A stretch of 64,000 nt of DNA from Eledone cirrhosa (lineage: Eukaryota). The stretch covers positions 299,832,001-299,896,000 of the forward strand of contig OZ024741.1 of the NCBI GenBank assembly GCA_964016885.1. Reading direction: 5' to 3'. Below are positions 49,911 to 62,881 of the stretch, one piece after another (within the stretch, counting starts at the first letter, position 1; each line of letters begins with the position of its first letter). The position numbers were made by a program, and so were the translations under genes. The notes under the pieces are model-generated. The model saw nothing but the letters and a program-made list of their open reading frames with translations. It was not told the origin of the DNA and did not search any database.

Positions 49911-49912
<2 letters not shown>
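48781..49912. mobile_element. Retrozyme/PLE-tail element: inverted copy (48781-49146) plus ~1.8 tandem units of ~429 bp
   Basis: Direct repeats offset by 429 bp, with a reverse-complement copy upstream. Three HHR motifs: 48858-48894 (-), 49174-49216 (+), 49603-49645 (+). Confidence 0.85.
49603..49645 (+). ncRNA. Minimal type I hammerhead motif
   Basis: ACGTTG-CTGACGA-TAGCT aata ATCTT-GAAA-CTAG-TA^CATCGT. The consensus of the three copies gives stem I ACGTTG/CAGCGT and stem II AGCT/AGCT. Confidence 0.65.
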
Positions 49913-49961
<49 letters not shown>

Positions 49962-49985
49962 TATTTACATATATATATATATGTG

Positions 49986-50047
<62 letters not shown>

Positions 50048-50052
50048 TGTAG

Positions 50053-50085
<33 letters not shown>

Positions 50086-50616
50086 TTGAATTAATAAATC
50101 GGAATATATACATATTCAATTCGTCGTTCTAGAAAAACTCAACGGTAATTAGTTGGGAAAATATCGTGTTCCAGGTCATACGCATACGTTAATATTACAG
50201 AAACAACAATAATTATATATTGTAAATAATTATAAAAAGACAGAACATATTTAGAATTTAAAATTATTACTTACATTACTAATTATACACTAGTTTCAAG
50301 TCATAAAGAAAAGATATAGGATAAATAGCAATTTAAAGACTTGGTTTTCATCAGTACGCATGTCTTTCTCTGTACTAAAAAATCTAAAATATCCTTTGCG
50401 ACATAAGTTGTAAACGAATTCATATGTATTGTTAAGTTGCAGATGTATCATCACGCTGTAATAGATAGGACAACATATACATTTTATAGCATCACGTTGA
50501 GAGCAACATGGTTCTTAGGGGGGCTAGAAGTAGCCCACCATCACTTTCATATAGTGCAGTGTAGAGCAGATTAATCAACATACATACTCATATATACATA
50601 GATACAAACACACACA

Positions 50617-50667
<51 letters not shown>

Positions 50668-50791
50668 CGATCAGAGAGTCAACTTCGATCTATATTAGGT
50701 ATTGCTTCGAGCTGATCGGTAGTGAAACATATGTAATATATTATTAAATATGCTATGATCAAACACTGAGTCATTGTCCTTTATTCTTATA

Positions 50792-50823
<32 letters not shown>

Positions 50824-50828
<5 letters not shown>

Positions 50829-50914
50829 TCTTTCAGATAGCTAATACTATCTATCTATATATACACACACACTGAAACACACGCACGCACTCACACACAC
50901 ACACATACGCACGC

Positions 50915-50979
<65 letters not shown>

Positions 50980-51085
50980 CGCGCGTGTGTGTGCGCGTGT
51001 GTATGTGTGTGTGAGTGCGTACGTGTGTTTGAGTGTGTGTGTGTGTATATATAGATAGATAGTATTAGCTATCTGAAAGACCAAT
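50824..51085. repeat. Inverted repeat centred on (CA)n(CG)n(TG)n
   Basis: attggtctttcagatagctaatactatc... versus ...gatagtattagctatctgaaagaccaat. A related copy lies at ~5920-5990. Confidence 0.85.
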
Positions 51086-51216
51086 GGAAACATTGTTTCC
51101 TCAGCCCGATTTGACGAAAGTCGATCCACTGTCGATATATATATATATATATGTGTGTGTATGTGTGTCTGTGTGTGTGTGTGTTTGTGTGTGTGTGCGT
51201 CCGTGCGTGTGTTTTA

Positions 51217-51252
<36 letters not shown>

Positions 51253-52068
51253 TTATATACATATATAATGAAAAACACACACATATTCATATGTGTGTGT
51301 GTGGTGTCTGCCTTAACAAGTTTTGCTCGAACGCGTCAAGAAACAGTTCTTTTTTATAGAGGGTCTCTTTATAAAACGTATTAACCTCACTGTCATGATG
51401 TATTTTAATAGTGCAGAATGGTAACACACGGATCGGCGAAACTGCAGTCGGGATTTGAAGAAAAAATGGGTATATTTTTGTCTATTATTTCCTCATTTTT
51501 TGTAATTTGATGAATAGCTCTGATCATTGAGGTATCATTTTATCATTTTGATTATTTTAGCTCTATCGGTCATCGTGAAAACCTTGTTAAAGTGGACACC
51601 TCACACACATATACATATGAATATATGTGTGTATATCATTATTATATTGTCCCAAACTTTCCTATGGTCATGTTAACCAGAAGTTTAGTAACTGCTATTC
51701 CTAGCAAATACGTTATTCGCTCATTGTCAACCTTACTATCCTTCTGTGACCACCGTGTTAAATTCTCCCTCTGCCCATTCTGAATTTCTCAATTGCTCCG
51801 AAAGAAATAGTCCTTTTTCTATTTTTTAACACTGTATCACGTGTTAATTCTAAGCTCCGTCTCTTGAGACTTTCTCAGTAGCTACGAACGCGTCAAGAAA
51901 CAATCCGATTTTTTCTAATGGGTCTCTTGATAAGCCGTATCAACATCACAGTGATGATGCATTTTTATAATGCAGACTTTGAAGAAACTGTAGAAGAAAA
52001 CATAGGTATAGTGTTGTCTATTATTTCCTCATATTTTTTAATTTGATACACACACAAACACACACACA

Positions 52069-52179
<111 letters not shown>

Positions 52180-52239
52180 GTATATATATATATATATGCT
52201 TATATACATTATACATATTATATACATTATTTTATATGT

Positions 52240-52900
52240 GGCCGGTGCTCTGGTGCAATAAGTAGCAGCAAGTGCCCACAGAATACTCGCTCATTCCATT
52301 GCACAGATGGTTCTATAGAAATAGTGGACACCTTCAGTTACTTGGGTGACAAAATCAGCAGTGGTGGAGGGTGCTCTGAAAGTACAGTCGCTAGAGTAAG
52401 AACGGGATGGAAAAAGTTCAGAGAGCTTATACCGCTATTGGCCGCTAAAGGGTTCTCTCTAAAAATGAAAAGCAGACTGTATGATGCCTGCATAGGAACA
52501 GCAATGTTACATGGCAGTGAGACCTGGGCATTGCGTGCAGAGGATATACGCAGACTGGAGAGGAACCAAGCTTGCATGCTCCGCTGGATGTATAATAGTA
52601 ATATACGTGAACGGCAAAGCATAAACGAACTAAGGGAGAAATTAGGAATAAGAGGGATCAGATGTTGTTTACTCGAGAGAAGACTACGTTGGTACGTTTA
52701 CGTGATTCGCATGAAAGACGACAGCTGTATAAAAAAGTGCAGGGCGATAAAATAGACGGTAGCCACGGAGTAGGCAGACCCAGCAAAACCTGGGACGACT
52801 TGATAAATTCCGACCTCACACACACCTCTCCAAGACAATGGCACTGGACCGAGATCTTTGGCGCTCCACAGTAATACCGAGGACCCGCCTTGCCTAAGTA
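52240..52900 (+). mobile_element. RTE-clade LINE 3' fragment
   Basis: ORF 52324-52755 DTFSYLGDKISSGGG..ARVRTGWKKFREL..MLHGSETWAL..RRLRWY..GRPSKTW; same family as 20775-21570. Confidence 0.9.
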
Positions 52901-53079
52901 CAAAGTACAAAGCGAAACCTACAGTCAGTAGGTACCTCTAACAAAAATACACCCCTATCCCACTACCCCCACCCCATCCACACCACCACTTTCAATGTAA
53001 AGTTATGTTGGTACCACAACATCCAGTCCGAAACAAATGAGGTCGTGTAGGTGTCACGACAAAAAAAACACACAGTCCA

Positions 53080-53306
53080 CGCTGTAATGTGGCCGTGTAG
53101 GTAACACGGTAAAAACCTCCCAGTCCACACTGTAAACGTGGTTGGTGTTAGGAAGGGCATCCAGCCGTAGAAAACCTGCCAGACAGTCCTATACGAGCAA
53201 GACAACCAATCTTGCCTCAAGTGGGAAAATTCCCGTCCAAACCCATGCAAGCGTGGAAGATGGACGTTAAACGATGATGATGATGATGGTGATGATGATG
53301 ATGATT
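53080..53306 (+). mobile_element. SINE 3' part with RTE-type tail ending in (ATG)n
   Basis: ggttggtgttaggaagggcatccagccgtagaaaacc...atggacgttaaacgatgatgatg. Partial copy at 62171-62265. Confidence 0.75.
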
Positions 53307-53759
53307 ATATAAACATGTAATAAATCATATTCATACTTATACACATAAAAATACATCGAGCTATGTATGTGTGTGAAAGTGTTTGTGTCTCTGTGTAGAA
53401 AACAATCAGACTGTCTCAATATCTTTTCTGAAAGTTTTATATGCTTTGTCTGCAAGAATGTCATCGATCTACATGATACTCTTCAACTCAAGAGATATAT
53501 TGACATAATTGTTCAAACAGTGATATCAAGTTGTTTATGCTCGTGGATATTCATTCTAAAATTCATAAACACAACACATAATAACTACAGATAGCGTAAC
53601 TACACACATGCACGATACCATGCTTTCTTTCTCGCACAGATATCCTATATACGTTTACTTTATTTTAACACCGGAGAAAAAAGCTAATGGGGATTATCTT
53701 CTTAAATGTATTATTTCCAAATCCTGAGCAGCCAAGCTTCACCTTTCTTCTGTCTGCTA

Positions 53760-54075
53760 GATATTTACTAATGCTAATATATTAATATAGATATATACTA
53801 CTACTAACATATTAATATAGATATATACTACTACTAACATATTAATATAGGTATATAGTAATACTAACATAGTAATATAGATATATACTAATACAAATAT
53901 ATTAATATAGATATATAATAATAATATATTAATATAGATATATACTAACTCTAATATCCCTAATATATTAATATAGACATGTACTAACTTTGATATACGA
54001 ATATAAATATATGCTAATTCTAATATATTTAGATAGATATATACTAAATCAAATATATTAATGTAGATATATATT
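53760..54075. repeat. AT-rich minisatellite, ~30-bp unit (atattaatatagatatatactactactaac)
   Basis: About 10 variably decayed units. Confidence 0.85.
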
Positions 54076-54845
54076 TACACACACACATTGATATATATAT
54101 ATATATATATATATCAATGTGCATGTGTGTGTGTGTGTACGTAACACCTCCCATTTGTTCTTATATATACAAATACACGCACGCACACGCACGCACACAC
54201 ACACACATGCACACACACACACACACACACACGCATATATATATATATATATATATATTGAGTCTTATTTGAAACAGGAAACACTCCGCCGTATCTGTTC
54301 AGATGTATGTTTCCCCAAATACCGAGAAAAAGTTCACAATATCAACCTTCTGAAAGATCAATTCACTAAATAAGATTAAGATATTCTTCACGTGTTAGAG
54401 GATGTCATACATATCACCGACACACATTGTTCTAATCAGATAACTGTAGTTATCTATTGGGAACGCCTTTACACCTTGCATTTATATTCTTTCAAATAGA
54501 GGCACTGGTTCTACGGATAACTAGTTGCTAGGCATATAAATATCGAATCACAATCTCTGTTGAATCTTTTGAAAAGACAGAGAATAAATTTACGTCAAGC
54601 AAAATACGATTGCTCCCAAATGTCTTCTATGAGGACAAAATCCATTGTCTCACTTTAAGAAAATGTGTCCTTTTCATTTGGGAATTAGAACTCCCTAAAT
54701 CCGCTTCAGTTGGCTCCTAAGAGTAAACATTGGCCGTGTGAGTTACGAAGATATGGTGGACGAAGGCAGATTTTTTCATGAGAAAAAACAAACGAAATCA
54801 GTAGTGTACATTCACGCACGAAAGCCCCACATCCGCCACACATAC

Positions 54846-54927
<82 letters not shown>

Positions 54928-55063
54928 CTTATGTTCATACACATCTGTTCCCGATTGAGCACTATTTTTTTGGTCTTTATCACACCTACGGATATTGCTA
55001 TATCCACACACCTACGCACATACCCCCCCCACACACATAGATACACACACACACACATACACA

Positions 55064-55140
<77 letters not shown>

Positions 55141-55258
55141 TTATTTAGTTATTTAAATCATTACTCGCTGTTTCATAGATGTAAACAGATTAAACTCGTA
55201 TAATATGCATACAGTCTGTATTAAAATTAGAATGTCAATGTATATTCCAAAAATTGAA

Positions 55259-55689
55259 TAACGACGGATTAGTATACCAGTTTTGAAATAAATGTATACA
55301 CTCTACTACATGTATTGAGTAATAGTTCATCACATGGAGAAAAAAAGACTATCACTACAGTGTATCACTAAGAGTATCACTCTTGTGTCTTTGTGTGTGA
55401 ATGTCTATATGTCTGTGCGTATTTATGCGTGCTCGCGTGCTTGCATGTATGTATGTGTATAACTGTGCAATGGGTATACAATTCACTCATCACTTGTTGA
55501 ATATATCGTTGCACATGATTTCATATATTATCAGCAGACATTAAAAAACTCACCCACCATCCTCATATTTTTCACTGTTTTAACACACTGTAGTGATACA
55601 CTGTTTTTCTCCATGTGATGAACTATTACTCAATACATGTAGTAGAGTGTATACATTTATTTAAAAACTGGTATATTAATCCATCGTTA
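55259..55689. repeat. Inverted repeat (55259-55363 / 55585-55689)
   Basis: Arms are reverse complements. Decayed HHR-like GTGATGA..CAATA-CATG-TA GTAGAG. Confidence 0.85.
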
Positions 55690-57567
55690 CTGAATTTGAA
55701 GTTTCTGGTTTTCACAATAATTCACCTGTTAAGTTGTCAGTCTAGGTGACAGACTGTCTGCCTCCCTGTGTGTATGCTTACTTGTTTGTGAGTATTTTCT
55801 CATACCATTTTTTATATATATATGAGATGATATTATTAGAGACATGACCTCAGGTCAAGTGAGCGTATCTTATTACAAACATAATGCAATATACTCTACT
55901 CAAACTACATACAGCTTTACACCGCCTTGGCTTCTTAAGACATTGTAGAGTGGTTGTGTTGTTATTGAGTCATAGCATTTTAACATTAGGGGAGCCCTTC
56001 GTCCTCTCCAAGTTTGACGAAACAGAAAGCATTGAACGAAGGAAAGAAACGGTGGAAAAAATAGAGAGTGGTGATTAGACAAAGTGGAAAAAGAGATGAA
56101 GAGAAATAGTGGAAAGAAGAGCGAGGGAAAGCAACTGAGAGAAAAAGAAAACGATATAGTATAGAAAATTATAGAGAGAGTGAGAGAATGTAAGAAATAT
56201 CTGTTATATATATATATATATTTAAATTATATTAAATGAAAGCTTATATACAATATGCTTATATAGCCTCGCAATCAAAAAATAATTGTTCTTAAGGACA
56301 AACACAATTTTTTGCTATTTTTATCTGTGAACACATCACAGAGTGCCAGTAGCAGGCGAGAATGCCAAAGAGCAGTGCTTCAAGATTCATTTATCTTTCA
56401 TTTGTAGTAAATGCGCCTGGCGTAGTCCTTGGGATAGCAATGTTTTAGCACGGTGTTCCAATTCATTCAGTCGGTATATATGCTGTACCTTATTCGAAAG
56501 GTCGAATCTTGTTACTTACTATGTGGAATACTCATACAATTATGCGGTAATTTCCCGACCAGGCTTTTCCACTATTCGAACAATTGGAACATTCCTCGTC
56601 AGAAACACTGGTGGCAAACAAAAAACTTGTATAGAGATATTTTACAATCTAGCTATGAGCCTATTTCAGACGTTCGCATTTAATGTAGAATATAAAACTT
56701 ATCAAACCGATTAGATTCCATTGAAAATGTTTTCCTGAATTACTCCTATTTGTATTGGACGGGAAATGGGACTTTGTAGCGGAATTTGACGAGAAGTAAT
56801 ACATGACTCTCTGTATATGTTATTTAACTTCATTATCAGCCAATATTGTCCGATGTCAACAACTTCACTTTCTTTACTTTTTTTATTTTATTTTCTCTTC
56901 AGACAATTTTTTATTTGATACATTGCTGATTTTCATCTGACAATGCATCTGTCATGGCGATGCTTCACAGAAATTATTCTTTGTGAATACGACGCCAAAG
57001 AGTGTCTGATACACTGTCCACAAACATACGATATTGATTTCTTTCAAAAAGCTCAAGACGTTAAGTTTTATGGGAGAGTAAACTAAAATACGTTGATTCC
57101 AGTATATGACTGGCAATTATGTTATTGATACCAAAATAGTGATGGGCTTCGACTTTCTAAATAACAGTCACGTTGAATAGTTACCTTGGTACAGATCAAC
57201 GATTTCAATTACGTGGGAAGTGCGGTTATTGCCTAGTGTAGCCACCTCGGTATTTCACAGATATTATATTTTAATAATACTGAACGAAGTCAACATTCTT
57301 GTGGTTGTGTTTGTAACAGATTACCGAAAAGCAAATTGTCTGGCGCTCTCGTGATGTTGACACCTCACCGTCGTAGCCTCATCTAGTGTCTGTTATCTAT
57401 CAATCTATCTATCTATATCTATATATAATGATCATCATCATCGTGTATCGTCCATCTTCCACTCTTCCACGAGTTAGACGGTTATCTGTTATATATATAT
57501 GTATATATATATATATATATATAACCTATAACCGTCTAACCCATGCTAGCGTGGAAGAGTGGAAGAT

Positions 57568-57617
<50 letters not shown>

Positions 57618-57628
<11 letters not shown>

Positions 57629-58568
57629 GTGTATTTTGTACTACACTGTATGCTTAATTAAAAGCATTTCGAAAACCTTATGCTATTATTTTAGAGTAGT
57701 GACAGACTCACTTACTTTAATTTTCAGCAAACAGGGGAGATAAAGCTGACAAGGCCCTGTTTCGCATTTATTGATGCTTATCAAAGCCAACTACTCCTCC
57801 TGTTTGCTGAAATCATCGATGTTTGGTTCTTATAGAATTCTAGTAAATAATCAGGAACTGATTATACAGAGCGGTTGCCGGTCAAGCAGAATTTGAAAAT
57901 TAGAATTGGTGCTCTGAAATAGTTATATATATATGAATGTATATATAATGTATTTTGCAATACACTGTATACTTAATTAAAAGCATTTCGAAGACCTTAT
58001 GCTATTGTTTTAGAGTAGTGACAGACTCACTTACTTTAATTTTCAGCAAACAGGGGAGATAAAGCTGACAAGGCCGTGTTTCGCATTTCTTGATGCTTAT
58101 CAAAGCCAATTAAATTAAGTGAGTCTGTCACTACTCTAAAACAATAGCACAAGGTCTTCGAAATGTTTTAATTAAGCATACACTGTATTGCAAAATACAC
58201 TATATATACATTCATATATATATAGCTATTTCAGAGCACCAATTCTAATTTTCAATTTCTGCTAGACCGGCAACCGCTCTGTATAATCAGTTCCTGATTA
58301 TTTACTAGAATTCTATAAGAACCAAACATCCATGATTTCAGCAAACAGGAGGAGTAGTTGGCTTTGATAAGATTAAATAAATTCGAAACAGGGCCTTGTC
58401 AGCTTTATCTCCCAAGTTTGCTGAAAATTAAAGTAAGTAAATGAGTCTGTCACTACTTTAAAACAATAGCATAAGGTCTTAGAAATGCTTTTAATTAAGC
58501 ATACAGTGTATTGAAAAATACACTATATATACATTCATATATATATATAGCTATTTCAGAGCACCAAT
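57618..58568. mobile_element. Retrozyme/PLE-tail element: ~319-bp tandem plus inverted tandem, three U3-A8 HHRs
   Basis: 57618-58109 holds ~1.5 units; 58113-58568 holds reverse-complement units; long (TA)n on both sides. Confidence 0.85.
57744..57788 (-). ncRNA. Type I hammerhead ribozyme, U3-A8 variant (copies at 58063-58107 - and 58360-58404 +)
   Basis: Reverse complement: GGCT-TTGATAA-GCAT caataa ATGC-GAAA-CAGG gc CTTG-TC^AGCT. Confidence 0.72.
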
Positions 58569-58569
58569 G

Positions 58570-58659
<90 letters not shown>

Positions 58660-58811
58660 TATATATATGTACATATATATATAAATACATATATATATAT
58701 TTATATATATATATACATACATATCCCCCCTCTCTCTCTCTCCCACACATTTAATGTCTTTCTACCACTACCCCTCACATCCTCGGAACTCTTTTCCTGC
58801 CCACTTTTCTC

Positions 58812-58840
58812 CTTATGAAGGGCTTTTGCCCGAAACGTCG
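58812..58840 (+). ncRNA. Degenerate minimal PLE-type hammerhead (G5U)
   Basis: CTTATGA-A-GGGC tttt GCCC-GAAA-CG-TC after a pyrimidine-rich PLE-like tail. Confidence 0.5.
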
Positions 58841-59107
58841 ACCCCACCTACACTCTTAGGCGTGAAACTAATATTAATATTTTGTACTGCCTATTCGCTT
58901 CCTCGTTCTTGATTTTTTAGTTTACTGTTTCAATTATAATATATATATTTATATACATATATATATATAGATAGATAGTGAGAGAGAGAGGGGGGGTAGG
59001 AGATAGAGAGAGTGAAGAAAGAGTAGGATAGGCTGTGGTGCTGGAACCGGGCTTGACCTATCTATCGATCTCTCTCCCCGTCCCTCTGCCCCCGTCTCTC
59101 TCTCCCT

Positions 59108-59158
<51 letters not shown>

Positions 59159-59274
59159 AACCGTAGCGTCCTAATATATATGGCTAAAAAAATAGTCGAT
59201 CCCTATAAATAATTGTTTCTACTTTTGGCACAAAGCCACCAAATATTCCAGGGCATTACTGGTACTTTGATATC

Positions 59275-59601
59275 TGACAAAATGAGATAATGTAAATGTG
59301 AAGCATATGAAGTCCGTTATTCGATTTAGTAAACATTTTAAAATGTGGTCACTTATTGTTTCTATCATACTCATTTGGAAGGCTACATCTCACGCTTCAG
59401 CTTATCCCAATATATATCTATATCTATAACTAGAGACAGGGACTTACATGTATATATATACATGTTGGGATAAGCTGAATCGTGAGATGTAGCCTTCCAA
59501 ATGAGTATGATAGAACCAATAGGTGACCACATTTTAAAATGTTTACTAAATCGAATAACGTACTTCATATGCTTCACATTTACATTACCTCATTTTGTCA
59601 G
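59275..59601. repeat. Inverted repeat, ~140-bp arms (59275-59416 / 59459-59601)
   Basis: ctgacaaaatgagataatgtaaatgtg... versus ...cacatttacattacctcattttgtcag. Confidence 0.9.
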
Positions 59602-59648
59602 CCGTTTCGACGGTTTGAGCTTTGCCGTCGGGGTCCTGAGCCTTTTCC

Positions 59649-59719
<71 letters not shown>

Positions 59720-59721
<2 letters not shown>

Positions 59722-62170
59722 ACAAGGAGAAAGAGACGATTTTATGAGGAAGAAACATTTTTTTTTTCCTTTTTTCTCTCTTTCTCTCTTTTTTGACGGT
59801 TAGAAAATGATTAAAACGAAATGTTCTACTTTGTGTGAAGTGTTAAGGTATTCGGTAATTTATTTATTATTTAACAATGGCATGTATTTATCTATTTATA
59901 TATTTAATTATTGTCTATTACCGGTTTCTGCATTTATTTGCATTATCAAATGATAATGAAATGCATTAGTATGGTGTCGCACGTGTTAAACAGAAGGTGC
60001 AGATTGAATAATGTTATATACAAACAAGGTTTAAGAAGTGAAAAGAAAAAAGAAAAAGGAAAACAAAACGTGCATACTGTGGAACGTAAAAGTCAATGTG
60101 GAAGAAAAGTTAATGTTATTTACAAGCACAGTCATTGAAGTTAAGCAGTTCAAAATGTGTTAATATCGCAAGAGTGCTTAGTTGAACCGTGGTTCCGTGA
60201 AGGAGGCAAATGGTGGACTCTGGTTTGATATGATTTCTTTTTTTAGAGAGTTAATATGCAGGGGAAGCAATTCTTGCTGGGTGATATTTAATTTATTTAA
60301 GAAAAAGGATTATGTAGGTTGTGAGGGAGGTAACTCTTGTAAATGTTTGATGGTTTGTTGCAGTTTTAGATTGGTCCGATATTTAGGGCATTGAGTACTG
60401 GTTGAAATTTATTAATGAAATGTGTTTCGTTATTGGTGCGTTGGATGAAAGTAGCGTTGTCTATGAATTTGTAAATGGGGAAAATTTTAAAGTTTGGAAG
60501 TTGGTTGAGAGCACAATTGGCGATATGTTCACTAAATACAATATTTCTGTATTCCTGTATTTTAATTTGTGATTTATGGACGGTCATACGTTGACGGGTG
60601 CTGTTTTTTGTCTGTCCTATGTAATGCTCTTGACAACCTGAGCAAGTCAAAACATAGATAAGGTTTTCAGATGCACATGTAAAGTTCTGTTTAACTGTGA
60701 AACGTTGTCCTTGTTTAAAATAGAATGTTGAACCTTCTATTAGAATTATGCATATGCCACAGTTGGGACTTCCGCAGTTTGTTACTGTAGGGTTTATTGT
60801 GAGGGTTTGTTGGATTTTGGCTTGTGTGAGGATGTTTTTTTATGGATTTGGGTTGTCTTTTGCTCTTTATGATGTTGTGTGTTTGGAGGATATTGTTCAT
60901 TCTTGGGTCTCTTTTTAGTAAAGGAATGTTCTGGAGGATGGTGTCGAATTCCTCATTGTTGAAGGGGTTGTGTGTGGAGATGTATGGTAGAGTTTTTTGT
61001 TGCGGTTCACTCCTGGGTTTGGGGTGTCTGAGTTCCTGGATGTCTAGTTTTAGGGCACGTTGGAATCCATTGATGATTAGGGATGGTGGGTAGTTTCTGC
61101 TGATAAGTGTGTTTTTTAATTCTTCTAGTCGTGTGTAACATGTGTATTTATCTGAAACTATTGTGCAGATCCTTCTGGCTATGTTGTAAGGAATTGCCAT
61201 TTTGGTGTGTTTAGGGTGGTACGAGTTGAATGGAAGGTATTGTTTGGAGTCTGTGGGTTTGTAGTATATGTCTGTTTCTATTCTGTTGCTTGTTTTCTTG
61301 ATGAGGATGTCGAGCAAAGGGAGTTGTTCACGGCTGTAATCCATTGTGAATTGTAAGTTAATGTTGAGTTCATTCAGAAGGGTTTTGAACTCAAACCGTC
61401 TATCGATACTTTCATGCCAGATGATGAAGCAGTCGTCCAGATATCTCTTCCAGTTCTTTTCTATGTGTTGGTAGAAGTCGTCGCCGTATTTGTCTAGAAC
61501 TTAGCGGTAGATAATGGTTTCCAAATATCCCATGACAAGGTTGGCGTATGAGGGGCCACTTTCGTGCCCATGGCAGTCCCAGATTTCTGTCTGTAGTATT
61601 TGGCATTGAATTCGAAGAAATTGTTTTCCAAGATGAATTTGAGTCCCTCCAACACACATTCTTTAGGGATGCGCTGTGGAAGTTCACTAGGGAAATTTTC
61701 CAACCAGAATTGTATTGCCTCTATACCTAGGTTGTGTGGGATATTGGAATATAAATTGATGATATCAAAGGTTACTAGTAGCGTATGTTCGTTATTGAGT
61801 GTTGTTGGGAGGTGGTTGAGCATGTCAGGGTCGTCCCTTATGAAGCTTTTCATATGTTTTAGGAAAGGTTTAAGCAGAATATCTAGGAGGTTGCTTAGGC
61901 AATGGGTTTCACATGTCGTGCCTGCTATTATGGGTCTTAATTTAAGGTCATCAGGAGGGGCTATATTGATGTAAACGTCTGTGGCTTGCTTGCAGGCCCT
62001 GCCTATTACTTCGCTTTTGTGTGTCTTGGGGATACCGTAGAAGAGGCTGGTTCTGCTTTTGAAATTGGTGATGTAGTTGTATTCCTTGTCTGTAAGGCCT
62101 TCTTTGTAAAGGGTTGTTAGGGATTTTATGGTTCTCATTATTTTCTGTTGTGTGTAGTATTGGGCCTTTT
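59720..62170 (-). mobile_element. Penelope-like retroelement (Neptune-type): frameshifted RT, Cys linker, GIY-YIG and 3' UTR
   Basis: FYGIPKTHK..LRPII..TFDIINLYSNIP..FEFNAKYYRQKSGTAMGTKVAP; RYLDDCFIIW; LLDILI..DIYYKPTD; CGSPNCGIC; CSGCQEHYIGQT..RMTVH. Confidence 0.93.
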
Positions 62171-62536
62171 CAAGACAACCAATCTTGCCTCAAGTGGGAC
62201 AATTCCCGTCCAGACGCATGCTAGCGTGGGAGATGGACGTTAAACGATGATGATGATGATGATGATATATATATATAGTAATAATAATAAATTTTAATAA
62301 ATATATATATATATATATATTCTCAACAAAATGCCCTCTCTAACTTAATTGGATATTGACTAGTAATAGAAACGGCCATCTGTAGCACATTTGTTGAAAT
62401 TCGAACCCGGACAGATTTTTCGAATAAAACGTTTTTTTTTCGGATCTCGGAATTTCCTGAGTGTTTATTCTTACAATTAAAAGGCAATTAATGAGAACGA
62501 TACGGACTAACATCGACGATTTTGGGGGGTAGTTTA

Positions 62537-62881
62537 AGATTGGCAGTATCGGAAGAGGCTCGGACGCCATGCTTTGCAGCAAAGAGTTACGGCCCTTTAT
62601 GGTATGAGTTCAAATCACGCCCAGGTTAACTTTGCCTTTCATCCTTACGTGGTCGATAAAATAAAGTACCAGTAATATACTTGGATAATTTCTGGCCTTG
62701 TGACAAAAGTAGAAACAATTATTAAGTGCTATAGCCATGCTTTCTAGCATAGTTACGTCCCTTTACGGTCTGAGTTCAAATCCTCTTGAGGTCAACTTTG
62801 CCTTTCCTCCTTACGGCGTCGATAAAATAAAATACCAGCAATGTACTGGGAATTTGCTGGCCTTGGGCCTATAGTAGAAAT
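62537..62881 (+). mobile_element. Two major-family SINE copies (62537-62722; 62735-62881)
   Basis: A/B boxes and the conserved central segment. Confidence 0.85.

Noticed and set aside
50285-50360. HHR on - strand (CTGATGA..AAGTC..GACTT-GAAA-CTAG-TG)
   Set aside because: A 5-nt insertion before stem II, G at the cleavage position and weak stem I; at best a decayed relic.
56330-57050. Possible MULE-like transposase remnant or 123-aa ORF
   Set aside because: Only vague motif resemblance and no TIRs found.
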